This document shows, piece by piece, positions 39,701 to 50,704 of a stretch of DNA of 63,186 nucleotides (its first letter is position 1; each line of letters starts with the position of its first letter). The stretch spans positions 62,001 through 125,186 of the forward strand of contig KZ538114.1 in NCBI GenBank assembly GCA_000934665.2, written 5' to 3'. The notes beneath the pieces were generated by a model that was given only the letters and a program-made list of their open reading frames with translations, was not told the DNA's origin and did not search any database. The position numbers and the translations under genes were made by a program. This DNA comes from Catajapyx aquilonaris. Taxonomy: Eukaryota.

Positions 39701-42700
39701 CAAAACAATGAATGTCACTACCATACTTTGTCTTCATATTTTCCTACATAGCTGTTGTCCCAGCCTTGCACCAGTTACACAAGTACATGTGTGTAAATGT
39801 GGTGCACCATAGCACTTGATCTCATTACTGGGTTCTTATGCATGCAGTTAGTAAATCATTCTCCAGCTTGTTCTGACTTCATGTGTGTGGTTTGCACTTA
39901 TTCAGATGCCTTACAAACCTCTCTGGCCTGAACCTCCAATGCTACATGGGTCTTATAGTGTGTCCAAGGAATGCCTAGCACTCGAGGGCATACACAATCT
40001 TCTCCACTTATGCTGACTAATGTATTTTTATGCTCGAGAGAACTTACAGAATGCTAATGGCGGAGTGGGGTCTGTCATGAATATTCAGCGGTCAACTTAT
40101 TAAGTCGATTTTCATAATATCCTGAAACCTGTGTATAGATATCTCTTACGCAAAGGAAATTTACATAATTATGCTTAATTCTTAGAATCATGAAGCATAC
40201 ATCGCAACTGTGCTTCACTCTCATAGTATCCGACAGCATATTGGGGTATCCTTAATTCCTACAAAATGCTTCTATAAATCTATATGCTCTTTTCTCAACC
40301 TTTGGAGCTATACAATGACAGGACATGATTTTGGACACACCGACATCCTTACTTCCAGTTTTAACAAACACTTGGTATCCATAAAAATCAGTCACAATCT
40401 ACCATTACCTGACAAATAAAAATAAAAATAATCTAAAATTTCTTGCACCTCTGTACTGACTTTAAAGTCCAAAAATGGCAAAATTGAGTATATGAAATGT
40501 GGACTTTCTTCAATACCAGAAGAGAAATATTTTTAATCTGTCATAATTTTGAACAACTTCCACTAAAAATTGTGGCAGCTGAAGGGAAAACTATTTTGGC
40601 AGAAAACCTTTTTCCTTCCTCAATGGCCTTACATTTGCATTTGCAATATACGCACTTGTCATATGAAAAGAAAATTCTGGTTCATTTTCCAAATATGAAC
40701 ATACTTTGGGCAGGTGCACACTGAGATTTCAAGCTAAATGCATGTAATACAGTTCTCCCAGTAAATCTGCAAGTCTTATGAGTTGATCTCAAATTAATTT
40801 TAAAGCTCAATTTGGTTGTTGAGGCATCTTATTGGTTTGTAGAAAACTGCACTTAAGATATCAAGTACTGACACTAGTATAGATATAGTGTGAGTTGTTG
40901 GGAAACAATTTACACAACAAGCCACATGAGATGGGTGTTCTTATATCTGGTGTGCTTACCCATATTCTATCGAGAGAAAGGATAGCGGTACTCACCACAA
41001 AGCCAAAAGGTGAGAAGGACAAGAAATGCTGGGTCATCTCTTGCAAATTGTGCCTTCATGTCTATAAAGAAAACCACAAATGAAAATCTGCTGAATCAAT
41101 TGAATGTTATGATATCAAGTCATTCACTCACGTTTTCGAAAGTGAAAATTGCGGTACACTTTCTGAGGCGCAATGAAAAGGTAGATCATTTGCCAAAGAG
41201 CAAACTCAAAGTCCATCTGTTGAAATCTGAGAAGTCGTCGAAGGTACTTGTACCTCTTGGCAGCAGCCGACATGCAGCCTTGCCTGATGGAGGAACAGGA
41301 AGGCATTAGCTCTACCATCAACTTATTGAATGCCATTAAACTAAAACTGTTAAGTTGTCTGGGCAGGCTATTTCCCACTACTGGAGTGTGTTGTCATGAA
41401 AGGTGGTACAACACTTCCAAGATAATGCAGGCAAAATCCTACATGATACTCAGGGCCGGTTGTATCAAAGCAAGTTTTCTCTAAACTTGTGGTTACTAGG
41501 CAGAAAATCCGTTATTAACAACAAACTCGTTGTATCAACACAAGTTTTCCAAAACCTGCAGTTAAATCTCGGGTGAACTTTAACCTCCCGATTTTGGCGG
41601 GTTAAGGAGGAATACCTCATTCGAACCCGGCCGAATTTCGACTTATCTAGTTTTGGGGCATATTCTCAGGTGAATTCGTGAATAGGCACAGAATACCTCT
41701 GAAATTGTAGCCAGGGCCTGCACAAATGAGAGGGGATACACCTGGAACGACATCTGGGTGACACTGCCCCGAGAAAGGGCTGGAAAGGTTTGGGGGCAAG
41801 CCAGCTTTATTTCGCCCAGCAGATAGAACACTTCTGAGGTTTGTGACCACGGTAACCAGCCGGCGCCAATGTCAAACGTGGAGGCTTCCTTGTCTAGGGT
41901 GCTACCATGGGTGCTACCATGTTCGAAACATTGACTGGGTCACGCGACATATCCAGCCAATGGGCTACCGCGATGGATAAACAAGGAAGGGACCCCGTGG
42001 TAATCGAACAAGTTTTCAAGCCACAGGTTAAGTTCACCCAAGATTTGTTGATACAACGCATGTCGGAGTTTTCTGAAAACCTCTGGTTCCAAAACCTCTG
42101 ATGTTCTCCAAATTTAACTCGTGTTGATACAACTGCCATTCAGTCATATGGCCATTCACCAGGCAGATTACTATTATGGAGACTTGTAGTGGTTCGAGTA
42201 CTGGCAACAAGACTGTTTACTGTTCTTTGAAAGAATGCTTGTGGTTAATGGTAACAGTTGCTATGTAACCAAGGTATTGTGGGGTTTGAGTCAGGTTTGA
42301 GTGTGTTTGGAAAGAGAGTTGTTGAGTGACTGTTCTAGAGATTACATGTTTATCTGTACCTGCTGTCCAACAAGAATTGTCACAGCGGCAGCGCACGAAC
42401 TACAGTCTCTCGTGTCCCTGTGCTCGTAGATTGTAGTTCGTGCGCTGCCGCTGCGACAATTCTTGTTGGACTGATAGTACCTGTGCAGAGAATATACATC
42501 TTAAAGATGTCTGGTGCCTATTATTTATCGTGGTGTTCCTGACGTGGGATTGTGGGACACTTCAGACTACAGTAAAACCTCGATATAACGCTCCCGCATA
42601 TAATGCTTTCCCCCTATTAACACCCCTTTTTCCAGGTCTCGTGATCATTTCCATAAGGTAAATTTTCCAGCATATAACAACCACTTATAACGCTAATTTT

Positions 42701-43104
42701 GGGCGGTCCCTTGAAGAGCATTATGTCGAGGTTTTACTGTGTTTCATAATGTTTTTACATGTATACATGGTACCACAGGAATAGAAAATAGACTTAACAC
42801 TATGAAAAATAAGACAATATATTCAAACTAATTGCCATTATTTGTTAATCAATGATTCTTTCAAATCCCTATCACAGTTCATTTAAATTGAAAACTCCAT
42901 ATTGTAATGAAATGACTTGCACATATGTAAAATATGTAGGTTTGCAAGAAATCAAGCTTCTGCAAGTACAATCCAATACCTGTGTGTTGCTGGAGCTGGC
43001 AATGGAGAAGAGGATGTCCGGAATGCTGGAGCAAGAGGTGACTGACTGCGGCTGGATGTGGAAGAACCAGCATATGAGGAATTCATCACATTATCGTTGT
43101 TCAT
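30738..43104 (-). CDS. UNC50: Protein unc-50 homolog (Golgi membrane protein)
   Basis: Exons 43104-42980, 41283-41132, 41061-40996, 31428-31162, 31104-31003 and 30874-30738: SPLPAP..CMSAAAKRYKYLRRLLRFQQMDFEFALWQM, QFARDDPAFLVL, VEWGYCFDVHLNAF, YITFLGY. A non-coding exon with a donor near 44040 is likely. Confidence 0.95.
31740..31870. repeat. Degenerate (TTGA)n simple repeat
   Basis: Many ttgat/tgat units. Confidence 0.7.
32341..37402 (+). CDS. Beta-1,3-galactosyltransferase (GT31), nested antisense in UNC50 intron
   Basis: Exons 32341-32359, 33199-33346, 33984-34215, 36405-36611 and 36809-37402. N-terminal TM; SAPGNRDARDAIRETWG, EDFIDSYANLTLKT, KTDDD, SKWY, SGTAY, EDVFLTG. Start codon less certain. 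Confidence 0.93.
39352..39605. mobile_element. TA-flanked MITE
   Basis: ~35-bp TIRs tgaagaccttgggggaagaacgatcaaggtcca / tggaacttgatcgttcttcccccgaggtcttca. Confidence 0.8.
41454..42137. mobile_element. Non-autonomous DNA transposon, PIF/Harbinger-like
   Basis: TIRs ggccggttgtatcaa / ttgatacaactgcc with repeated subterminal gttgtatcaa motifs. Confidence 0.6.
42357..42479. mobile_element. Fold-back hairpin MITE
   Basis: 44-bp arms (42365-42408 and 42428-42471) with 2 mismatches; TA at both ends. Confidence 0.75.
42570..42739. mobile_element. Tigger/pogo-type MITE
   Basis: TIRs cagtaaaacctcga / tcgaggttttactg with internal ataac repeats. Confidence 0.8.
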
Positions 43105-43319
43105 CTTAACTGAAAAGAATATAATATTTGCTTATGAACATATCATCGCCCTCAATTCTGTTTCATATGACATACAAGAATACATGCATCACTCGTGCAT
43201 ATTTGCTTGAGTGAATCCCCCTGCATCACCAATACAGTAAAATTGCCTCTCTCTCTCGCAATCCTACATGCAACATGTCTCTGACAGCATTTCAGTCATG
43301 TAGCACATGTGCACTCTTA

Positions 43320-43480
43320 AGGTGCGTTTAGATATGAGCGATTTGATCGGATGATGTCATGACCAAGCGATGAACGCAATTGTTTGGTGCGAAAATCGAT
43401 TGTTACCATGATTGTTACTTTCGCCCCAAACAATTGGATTCATTGCTCAGCGATCATATCGCTCACATGTAAACGCACCT
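43320..43480. mobile_element. Harbinger-type MITE, copy 1
   Basis: TTA TSD; TIRs aggtgcgtttagatatgagcgat / atcgctcacatgtaaacgcacct. Confidence 0.8.
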
Positions 43481-44159
43481 TTAGGACTGATTATGGTGGT
43501 GTATGTATACGGCACCATAATCAGTCCTAAAAATGAGATTAATAACTGTTTGTTTTTAAAGCAGGACTTGTGGGAATTTAGCAAAATTGAATAAAATCTT
43601 CATTTACTCTGACACTGGCCATATTACTTACAAGTTATTTTCACTCAATCTTTAGCACACTCTCTGTGAATGAGCCAAAGGAATGAGCTTTCTTTGAAAA
43701 TGCACAGGTTGCAGCATTGGCTTACAAATTACAAGAAATGCACAACATGCCTCCCACAAATCTGCTGCACCTTGAAGGTCACAAACCCACTTATAAAACC
43801 ATGTAGTACAAAGCAGCTGCAATATTGTGACACATTACAGCTCATGTCCCGTGACATATTGCGGCATCACACTGAAGCCGAATTTCGTTTTAACACGACA
43901 AATCCGTTAAATAATTAGTGAGTAACCAGCCAGCACACGTGGGGATTAAAATCTCACGTGTTAAATCCCTCAAACCGTGTGTGAAACAATAGACTTTTGC
44001 TGGTGTCGTCAGACGGATAGTTCCCTTCAGGCTCGTTTACCTGCGGGTTCAGCACTGGTAAGGCCAGAGCCCCGCTTCAGACCAACACTGCGACGTCCCC
44101 TGCGTCTGCCCTCACTGCTCCCTGGTTCTCGGAAAGTGCGGGACACTCCCTGAGACCCG

Positions 44160-44425
44160 TTTTATCGCCACCAAATACAAATTCATCTCTCCAATGCCAC
44201 CATGACAAATGACGTCACAACCCAGGAGGATGGCAGCAGTGGAACCAACACCACCTTGAACTTTAAAATATTTAACAAATTTTAATACGCAAGAGTGACT
44301 GTAATATACATGGGGCGTGTAAAATGTAAAATTAGTGCCGTACATTCGGTATTTAAAAAAGGAGGAAGAGTTGAGAATATCGATACATTGTATCGATACA
44401 GGACATATTTCGTCAGAATTCCAAG
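44160..44425. promoter_or_regulatory. Bidirectional UNC50/EMC7 promoter
   Basis: TGACGTCA at 44210; two TATCGATA (DRE) at 44378 and 44391; AAGATGGCGG (YY1-like) spanning the EMC7 ATG. Confidence 0.65.
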
Positions 44426-45289
44426 ATGGCGGGCGTTAGACGGAGTTCTGCTGTTCTTCTGGTTCTGTTTTCGGTGGCGTGCCTGCCCTCGGCCCTCTCG
44501 CAGGACGAGGATGGGTCTTCCGAGCTGTACCGGATAGAAGGGAAGGTGTTTCCGCCTGATGCGCATCTTAATTCGCCCACATGGCAGGCCAACGCGCGGA
44601 TTCTCGTCAACGGAGGAGAATACCTAGGATTTCTCAAGTAATGACGTCATACACATATGTTCATGTGCAATCTAATCAATCATTGTACTGCAAATGAATT
44701 AATCTTGTGTTTGCAGGGAGGATGGATCATTTGCGGTGAATAATGTGCCTTCAGGTACGTACGTCGTTGAGGTGTCTAGTCCTAACCATGCGTATGAGGC
44801 AGCACGCGTCGACATCAACTCTAAGGGGAAGTTTCGTGCGAGGAAAGTGAACCATGTGCAGACGTCTCAAGTCATACAGCTGCCTTACCCGCTGAAGATG
44901 AAGCCTATGGGGATGTATAGGTACTTCCAGGTGCGGGAAGTATGGAGGATCACTGACGTCTTGTTCAATCCTATGGTAAGGATCATTTTTCTAGTACACA
45001 ATTGTATTAGGGATTTTAACCGAAGCAGTGGTGGCGGAGGGGATATGGTATCCGACTGCTAATCGGGAGGTTCTGGGTTCGAATCCCGGTGCCGGAAACT
45101 CTAACCGTGGTTTTCTGTGGTTTCCCACGGTTCCTCCAGGAGAATTCCGGAGTTGTTTCCTAAACTAATAGGCCACAGCTGCCTCCTTCCTGTCCTATCC
45201 TATCCCAAAAAGCGCAGTAAAAACGAAACAAAGAGTTCCAGTAAAAAAAAATCCCCCCTAAAGAGCCACCGGCTGATAACGGGGTATGA

Positions 45290-45347
<58 letters not shown>

Positions 45348-45973
45348 GGGATTTTAAAGGTAGCATTGAGGAGGTTTTATCTTTGTTATGTTAAGCTGCA
45401 TTTACATGTGAGTGATTTGATCAGCGATGTGCAGCAATGTACATCGCTGAGCGAAGGTAACAATATATTTTCCTCCCAAACAATTTGTCTCATCGCTGCA
45501 ACATCAATGATCAAATTGCTGACATGTAAATGTGGCTTTAAAGAGTCACGAATTCAAAAATTTTGTGATAATGCTCAGAATGTGTCTTTGTGGGTCCCTA
45601 GGATCCAAAAAGTAATCAGATCAGCATGCTGTTAATTTGGTTAAAATGCTGGGAAAAGGAAAATCTTCCTTGTGACCATTGCTCATGATGTCATAAGTCA
45701 CTTGGGCAATGAAATCATTGGTGCGGGTTTTGTTAGTCATGATATTTAATCATTATTATGTTACAGGTAATCTTCATGCTGCTGCCATTTGTGCTGATAA
45801 TGATCCTGCCCAAAATGCTGAATGATCCAGAGACCCGGAAGGAGATGGAGCAGTTCCAGATGCCCAAATATGACATGCCTGAAATGTCTGAGATGTTGAC
45901 CTCCCTTTTCGCAGGGGGTGAAACGAAACCCAAGTCCAACAAAGCTGTCAAGCCAGCTAAGCGTAGACAATGA
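44426..45973 (+). CDS. EMC7: ER membrane protein complex subunit 7
   Basis: Exons 44426-44637, 44717-44975 and 45767-45973; signal peptide, GFLKEDGSF..NVPSGTYVVEV, RVDINSKGKFRARKVN, TM, NDPETRKEM. Confidence 0.96.
45020..45342 (+). mobile_element. tRNA-derived SINE D with (ATT)n tail
   Basis: A box TGGCGGAGGGG, B box GGTTCGAATCC, core ggttttctgtggtttccc..ccagg..taggccacagctgcctccttcc; 15-bp TSD tattagggattttaa at 45005-45019 and 45343-45357. Confidence 0.92.
45394..45537. mobile_element. Harbinger-type MITE, copy 2 (same family as 43320)
   Basis: TTA TSD; agctgcatttacatgtgagtgatttgatc / gatcaaattgctgacatgtaaatgtggct. Confidence 0.75.
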
Positions 45974-46083
45974 AGGCGCAATAGGTCTACAGTATTAAAT
46001 TGTTGCAATAATTTATGTTTCTTCTCTCACAAAAATTGCAGTGTACATACATCTGATCTTCTTGTACATAAATTTGCTATGCA

Positions 46084-47877
46084 CTATCCAAAATCTCGTG
46101 CAAAAATTCCAATTGAGAGTAAATTTTTGATGTTTGCTACTTCTAACTTTTGTCTTGATAATGTAACGGGAATGGGATTGAGGTTTTGGTCCAACGAAGT
46201 GGGCATTAAAAATGAGAGACTGAAATTACCACGTATCTGAACCTGATTCCAAACCGACTTGGTTCCTTCTGATGCCACTACTCCGCAGACTTGCACATGA
46301 AGCCACTGTTTTCCTGCATTAAATGTTCGGCCTGTACCCAGCGAGACTAGTTGAACTGTGCCGTCCGTCCATTTTGCATTGTAGGTAATTGTACAGCAGA
46401 GTGTCTTGTGACAAACACTGGCCTTGTTCAGGTCAGCGTCTAACAACACCTTCTCATAAATGGACAGGTCTTCGTCCAAGTGAAATCTTTCCACCATTGG
46501 CAGTTTGATTGCAGGCACATCACCAGAATATACATGTGCTGTTATGATACCTTCAGTGTTTGTAATGTTCAGGGGTGTTGGTCCTTGGTATATTCCACTA
46601 CCTATGGCTCCTCTGCGAGGGTTATGGAGGCCAGATGCGAGTAGAGTCAATCCTGTGGTTGAAGACCAACCTAACTGCACCTGCAAAGCTATGATAATAA
46701 TGCACATGTTACATGTGCTACAGTTTTGCCATATCATCACTTACCTGTGAGAAAAGGAATTTCATCATACCATGCAGTCGGAAAGGCAATTACATTGGCT
46801 TCTTTCAACAGAAGATGCCTGAACGGATCAGGAAAGAGCATGTCAAAGCAAGTCATTATTCCAACTTTAGCACCAAATGTTGTTAAAAATACGGCTGCTT
46901 CAGGATGGTCTGGACGGTCAACTCGAGAATCGTACACATTCCACTTGCGATATCTGTTTAGAAACAATTCACCTGTTAATTACACTGAACGTACATGTGC
47001 AGTACATGAAGCGCTTCTACAAGGTGATTCAAATAAAATTGTGGCTAGTAAGATTGATATGAAAATATAAACGTAAAACCAATGAGATAATTGCGGAATT
47101 GATTGGGTATTGACATCACCATCCTTCGTTGCTCGATTTAAAGTAGACATTGTGATGTCAGTACCCAAGTCAGATTGTTTCTTTTATAAATGAAATCAAA
47201 ACTGTTTTTAGTGGAGTCATTCCTTTTGCAAAAAATGTTTCATAGGTATCTGTCATATGCAACAAATGCAATAAAAATTCTGCAACAAATCAAAAGTTTT
47301 TGACAACCATCGTACTGTTTTCAGGGTCTGTTGGTGGCATGTTTCATTATACTTTGCATTTAAAAGTATACCTTGCAACCAGCTTTCCAGCAGGATTGAA
47401 AGCCACGTTGGTATTGTAAATTAGAAAATTATCCGGCGGGCATGTCCTTTCACTTGCATTGCAGCTCACACGTTCAAACACGTTCACCACCAAATAAAGT
47501 CTGGATATCCGAGCAGCATGTGAAAGTAGGCTCAGGACTTCACTCTTTTCCAACTCCGCTTCACACTCATCCTCTTGCTGATGTGGATCCGGTATGCGAG
47601 GAACAGATCTCTCCAAAAGTTCATCACGTGTCGACCCTCCTGAAGTCAATCCCAGCTCTGGAAACACAACAATTTGGGCACCAAGACCCTCAGCATCCAA
47701 CACAATCCTCTCGTACCGACGCAAATTAACTCTAATTTCAGTCAGTGCATCAGATCTGTTTGAATACGGCGCGTACTCCACAACAGCTGCCACAAATGGT
47801 TGGTGTACTGTTGGCCTCTGCAGGACTCTTCCGCTGAACCCCAAGCATGAAGCCAACGCCAAAACAAACAGAAACAT
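46084..47877 (-). CDS. Vanin/biotinidase-family carbon-nitrogen hydrolase (~439 aa), secreted
   Basis: Exons 47877-47372, 46953-46745 and 46688-46084; signal peptide, AAVVEY, IVVFPE, YNTNVAF, ARYRK, TCFD, FPTAW (E-K-C triad intact). Confidence 0.93.
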
Positions 47878-48166
47878 TTTGCACTCCCCACAAGGTCATA
47901 CTGTGTGTGCCCTTCGAGGTGCCCCTGGTGATAACTGTACTTGCAAAGTGGATCAAATGGGATTAGATAACAGGATGAAAAATAAGCGGGAAGTGGATTC
48001 GCACCAGTGACTAAACCAACTTGACTATCAATTTTAAACATTTAACATTTAACCCTATATAAATTGACTGCAATGTAGCAGTGAGTCCTAAAAATTGGGT
48101 TAGAATTTTTATTGACATAAATTGTATTGAGGACATGGATCCGAATGCGGCTGAAATCTATTCAAA

Positions 48167-50183
48167 ATGGCGAAGCGTAAAGATTCTTCAACTGCAAGCC
48201 ATGAAGAAAGCGGTGAGCTTTACTCTTCCTGGTACTTTCCACTCATTTATTTTACTCCAGGTTTGTTACGGATCCCATGTCCGTATCTGGCCAATAATTT
48301 TGAAGCTTAGGTGTTACAATTGTACAGTTAAGGTCTTAACATGGGGTTCCAAATATTAATATTAATCAAAGGCAAAATGTGACGCCTGGATGGTTAATGC
48401 AGGCATAGTAATGTAGGCTGTGTGTTCAGGCCTAAACTAGCCGTATGTACGCAGTGTTTCTATCTTTAGCAATTAAAATATAATCTGACATTGCTCTTTT
48501 GTACAATGAAAGCATGAACAGGTACCAATAATGATTGCAATGTACATTAGTTGTGGCTTCATGCCGTTGCTATTGTAGTTTAAAGATTCTGCTACTGCGA
48601 TGCAATGATGCAAAATACTCGTTCTTTTTGCATGAAGAAGTGGGAGGGTCGTCGGAGGGCAGTGCGTCCCACAAGAAGCATAAGAAGCACAAGCATCGGA
48701 AGCACAAGAAGCGCCGTGGGACTGATGATGAAGCTCGTCCAGATGGAGGAAGTGCTTCGTCTGCACCGCCTGCAAATGCTTCAACTTCAGATGGTGTCAA
48801 GCTCAAGATCAAACTGGGATTTTCATCTGGAGGAGAGTAAGGATATGATGCATACTTTGCATTCTTGGTGATACTTACAAGTTATGCTACAAACAAGTTA
48901 CGCTGCACTGTAAAATCAGTGTAAAATTACATAAAGCTCTTAATCGTAAAGATTACCGGTACTGTGTCAGAGTTACGGCGACCCGACCATAAAGGCCCCA
49001 CGCCAAAGATTACCGGTACTGAAAATAATATTTTGTGATATCTTGTGGAAAATGCAATGCAGTTAAAAATACTCGTAGTATTGTACGCTGAATTTTAATA
49101 AATACAATATTTTTGAAATCCTCAGTATTTGCAAGATGTGCGATTTCTGTTTTCACTAGATCATGGCTGGCTATTTGCATTAAATGATCATTTACATTAA
49201 TGTGGCATTCATGTATGATTGTGTGAAGCTTTGACAGGCATGGGAAGCAGACCTCCCTCTTTCCCATAGATTTTGATTGCTGCTTTTACGTCAAAATATT
49301 CTTCTTTACTTCACTTGAACCACTTTTGTTTTGCGTTTCAGTGGAGAAGCTTCAGCAAGTTCCACACCATCTACACCTAAAGCTTCACAACCAGGTCGCA
49401 AGAGGAAGCGTGCAGGAGCATCAAGTGATGAAGAGCGTTGGCTCGATGCTATAGAATCTGGCAACCTTGCAGAAGTGGATGACGAACTTCGTAAGATGAA
49501 GGATCCAAAATTGATGACAGCCAGGCAACGAGCTCTGATGGGGAAAAAAGATGTCCCAATTCCACCTCCGCCACTCAAAGGCATACTGAAGCCAACATTA
49601 TCTGCAGGTCTCCCACCTAGAGCAAAGGTTCCAAAGTTTGCACCCCCAGTGGAAGAGACAGAGGAAGATATGGAAGTAAAAAAGGCTTTGAAATCTGAAA
49701 AGAGGCGGCAAATGGCAGCAGAGAAAAAGGAAAAGGACAAGCGGAAGACAATGGACAGATTGCTGAAGAAACAAGAGTCCAAGGCGGCAAAGGCGGTGGG
49801 GAAGTCCCGACTCCGAGGCAAAGAACAACCAAAGATAACATACACCAACAACAATGATGGTGTAACTATAACAATGCCTGCTGGGAAGGAATTTCCACTG
49901 CAAGCAAAACCAAAAATGTACGAGTCATTGGTATTATTAATAAGTGATTAGCTTAACTAATAAGGATCATTACCTCCCAAATTCCACACTTTATTATAAT
50001 GCAGCGATTTCGTGTAATTTCATTTTTTGCTGTTGCAGAGAACCACCTGCGCCGCAGCTGTGTGGCGTCATCGGATGTGGTCAGAAAAAACGCTACAACT
50101 GCAGCCGAACAGGAGTGCCCTTATGCAGTCTGCAATGCTACAAGACAAATTTGAAAGCCCACACTCAAATCATATGCTCATAA
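48167..50183 (+). CDS. INO80B: INO80 complex subunit B (PAPA-1 domain plus zf-HIT)
   Basis: Exons 48167-48212, 48638-48836, 49342-49917 and 50039-50183; HKKHKKHKHRKHKK, LKIKLG, EERWLDAIESG, LMTARQRAL, C-terminal CGVIGC..YNCSRTGVPLCSLQCY. Confidence 0.93.
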
Positions 50184-50704
50184 AGGACAATCCTGGACAA
50201 GAAATTTACTTACAACATTGAATGTAATCATCACTAAACGCATCTAAATAAATAGTTTCTTCCGGAAAGCACTGAACTTTGCTCATATTGCTTTATAAGA
50301 CATATCTAAGTACAGATACCAATTATGATAAAATTCCAAAGTGTTCCAATCTGGTTCCAATAGTGGTTCGTCTCAGTTCTATATTAGTTATTTATAACCG
50401 TTCCGCCCGGTAGCCGCGACTGCCTGTGCAACAGGAGCAGCAGCTGTGCTACAATCTGCCAGGCCAGACGTCGGCGGCGCCATTGCGACCTTGTCGGTAA
50501 GGTAAAGTATTGAACGCAGCTTTTTGTGCTCCGATTTGGCCTGGTTCCCCCTTTGTAAAGATGTCCGTCGTTGGCCTAGTCCCCGACGACTGGAGGCGGC
50601 GTCGACGCTGAAGAGACGAGGGACGCACTGCCCAGGAATCTGCAGTGCAGGGACCAGTAGGGTGCGGCCTCGCGTGACCTGACTTGACCTGTCCAGAGGA
50701 GGTC

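Noticed and set aside
45117..45635. 172-aa ORF with poly-Leu (also the poly-Ile and poly-Tyr ORFs at 45160 and 57024)
   Set aside because: Translation of (ATT)n microsatellites
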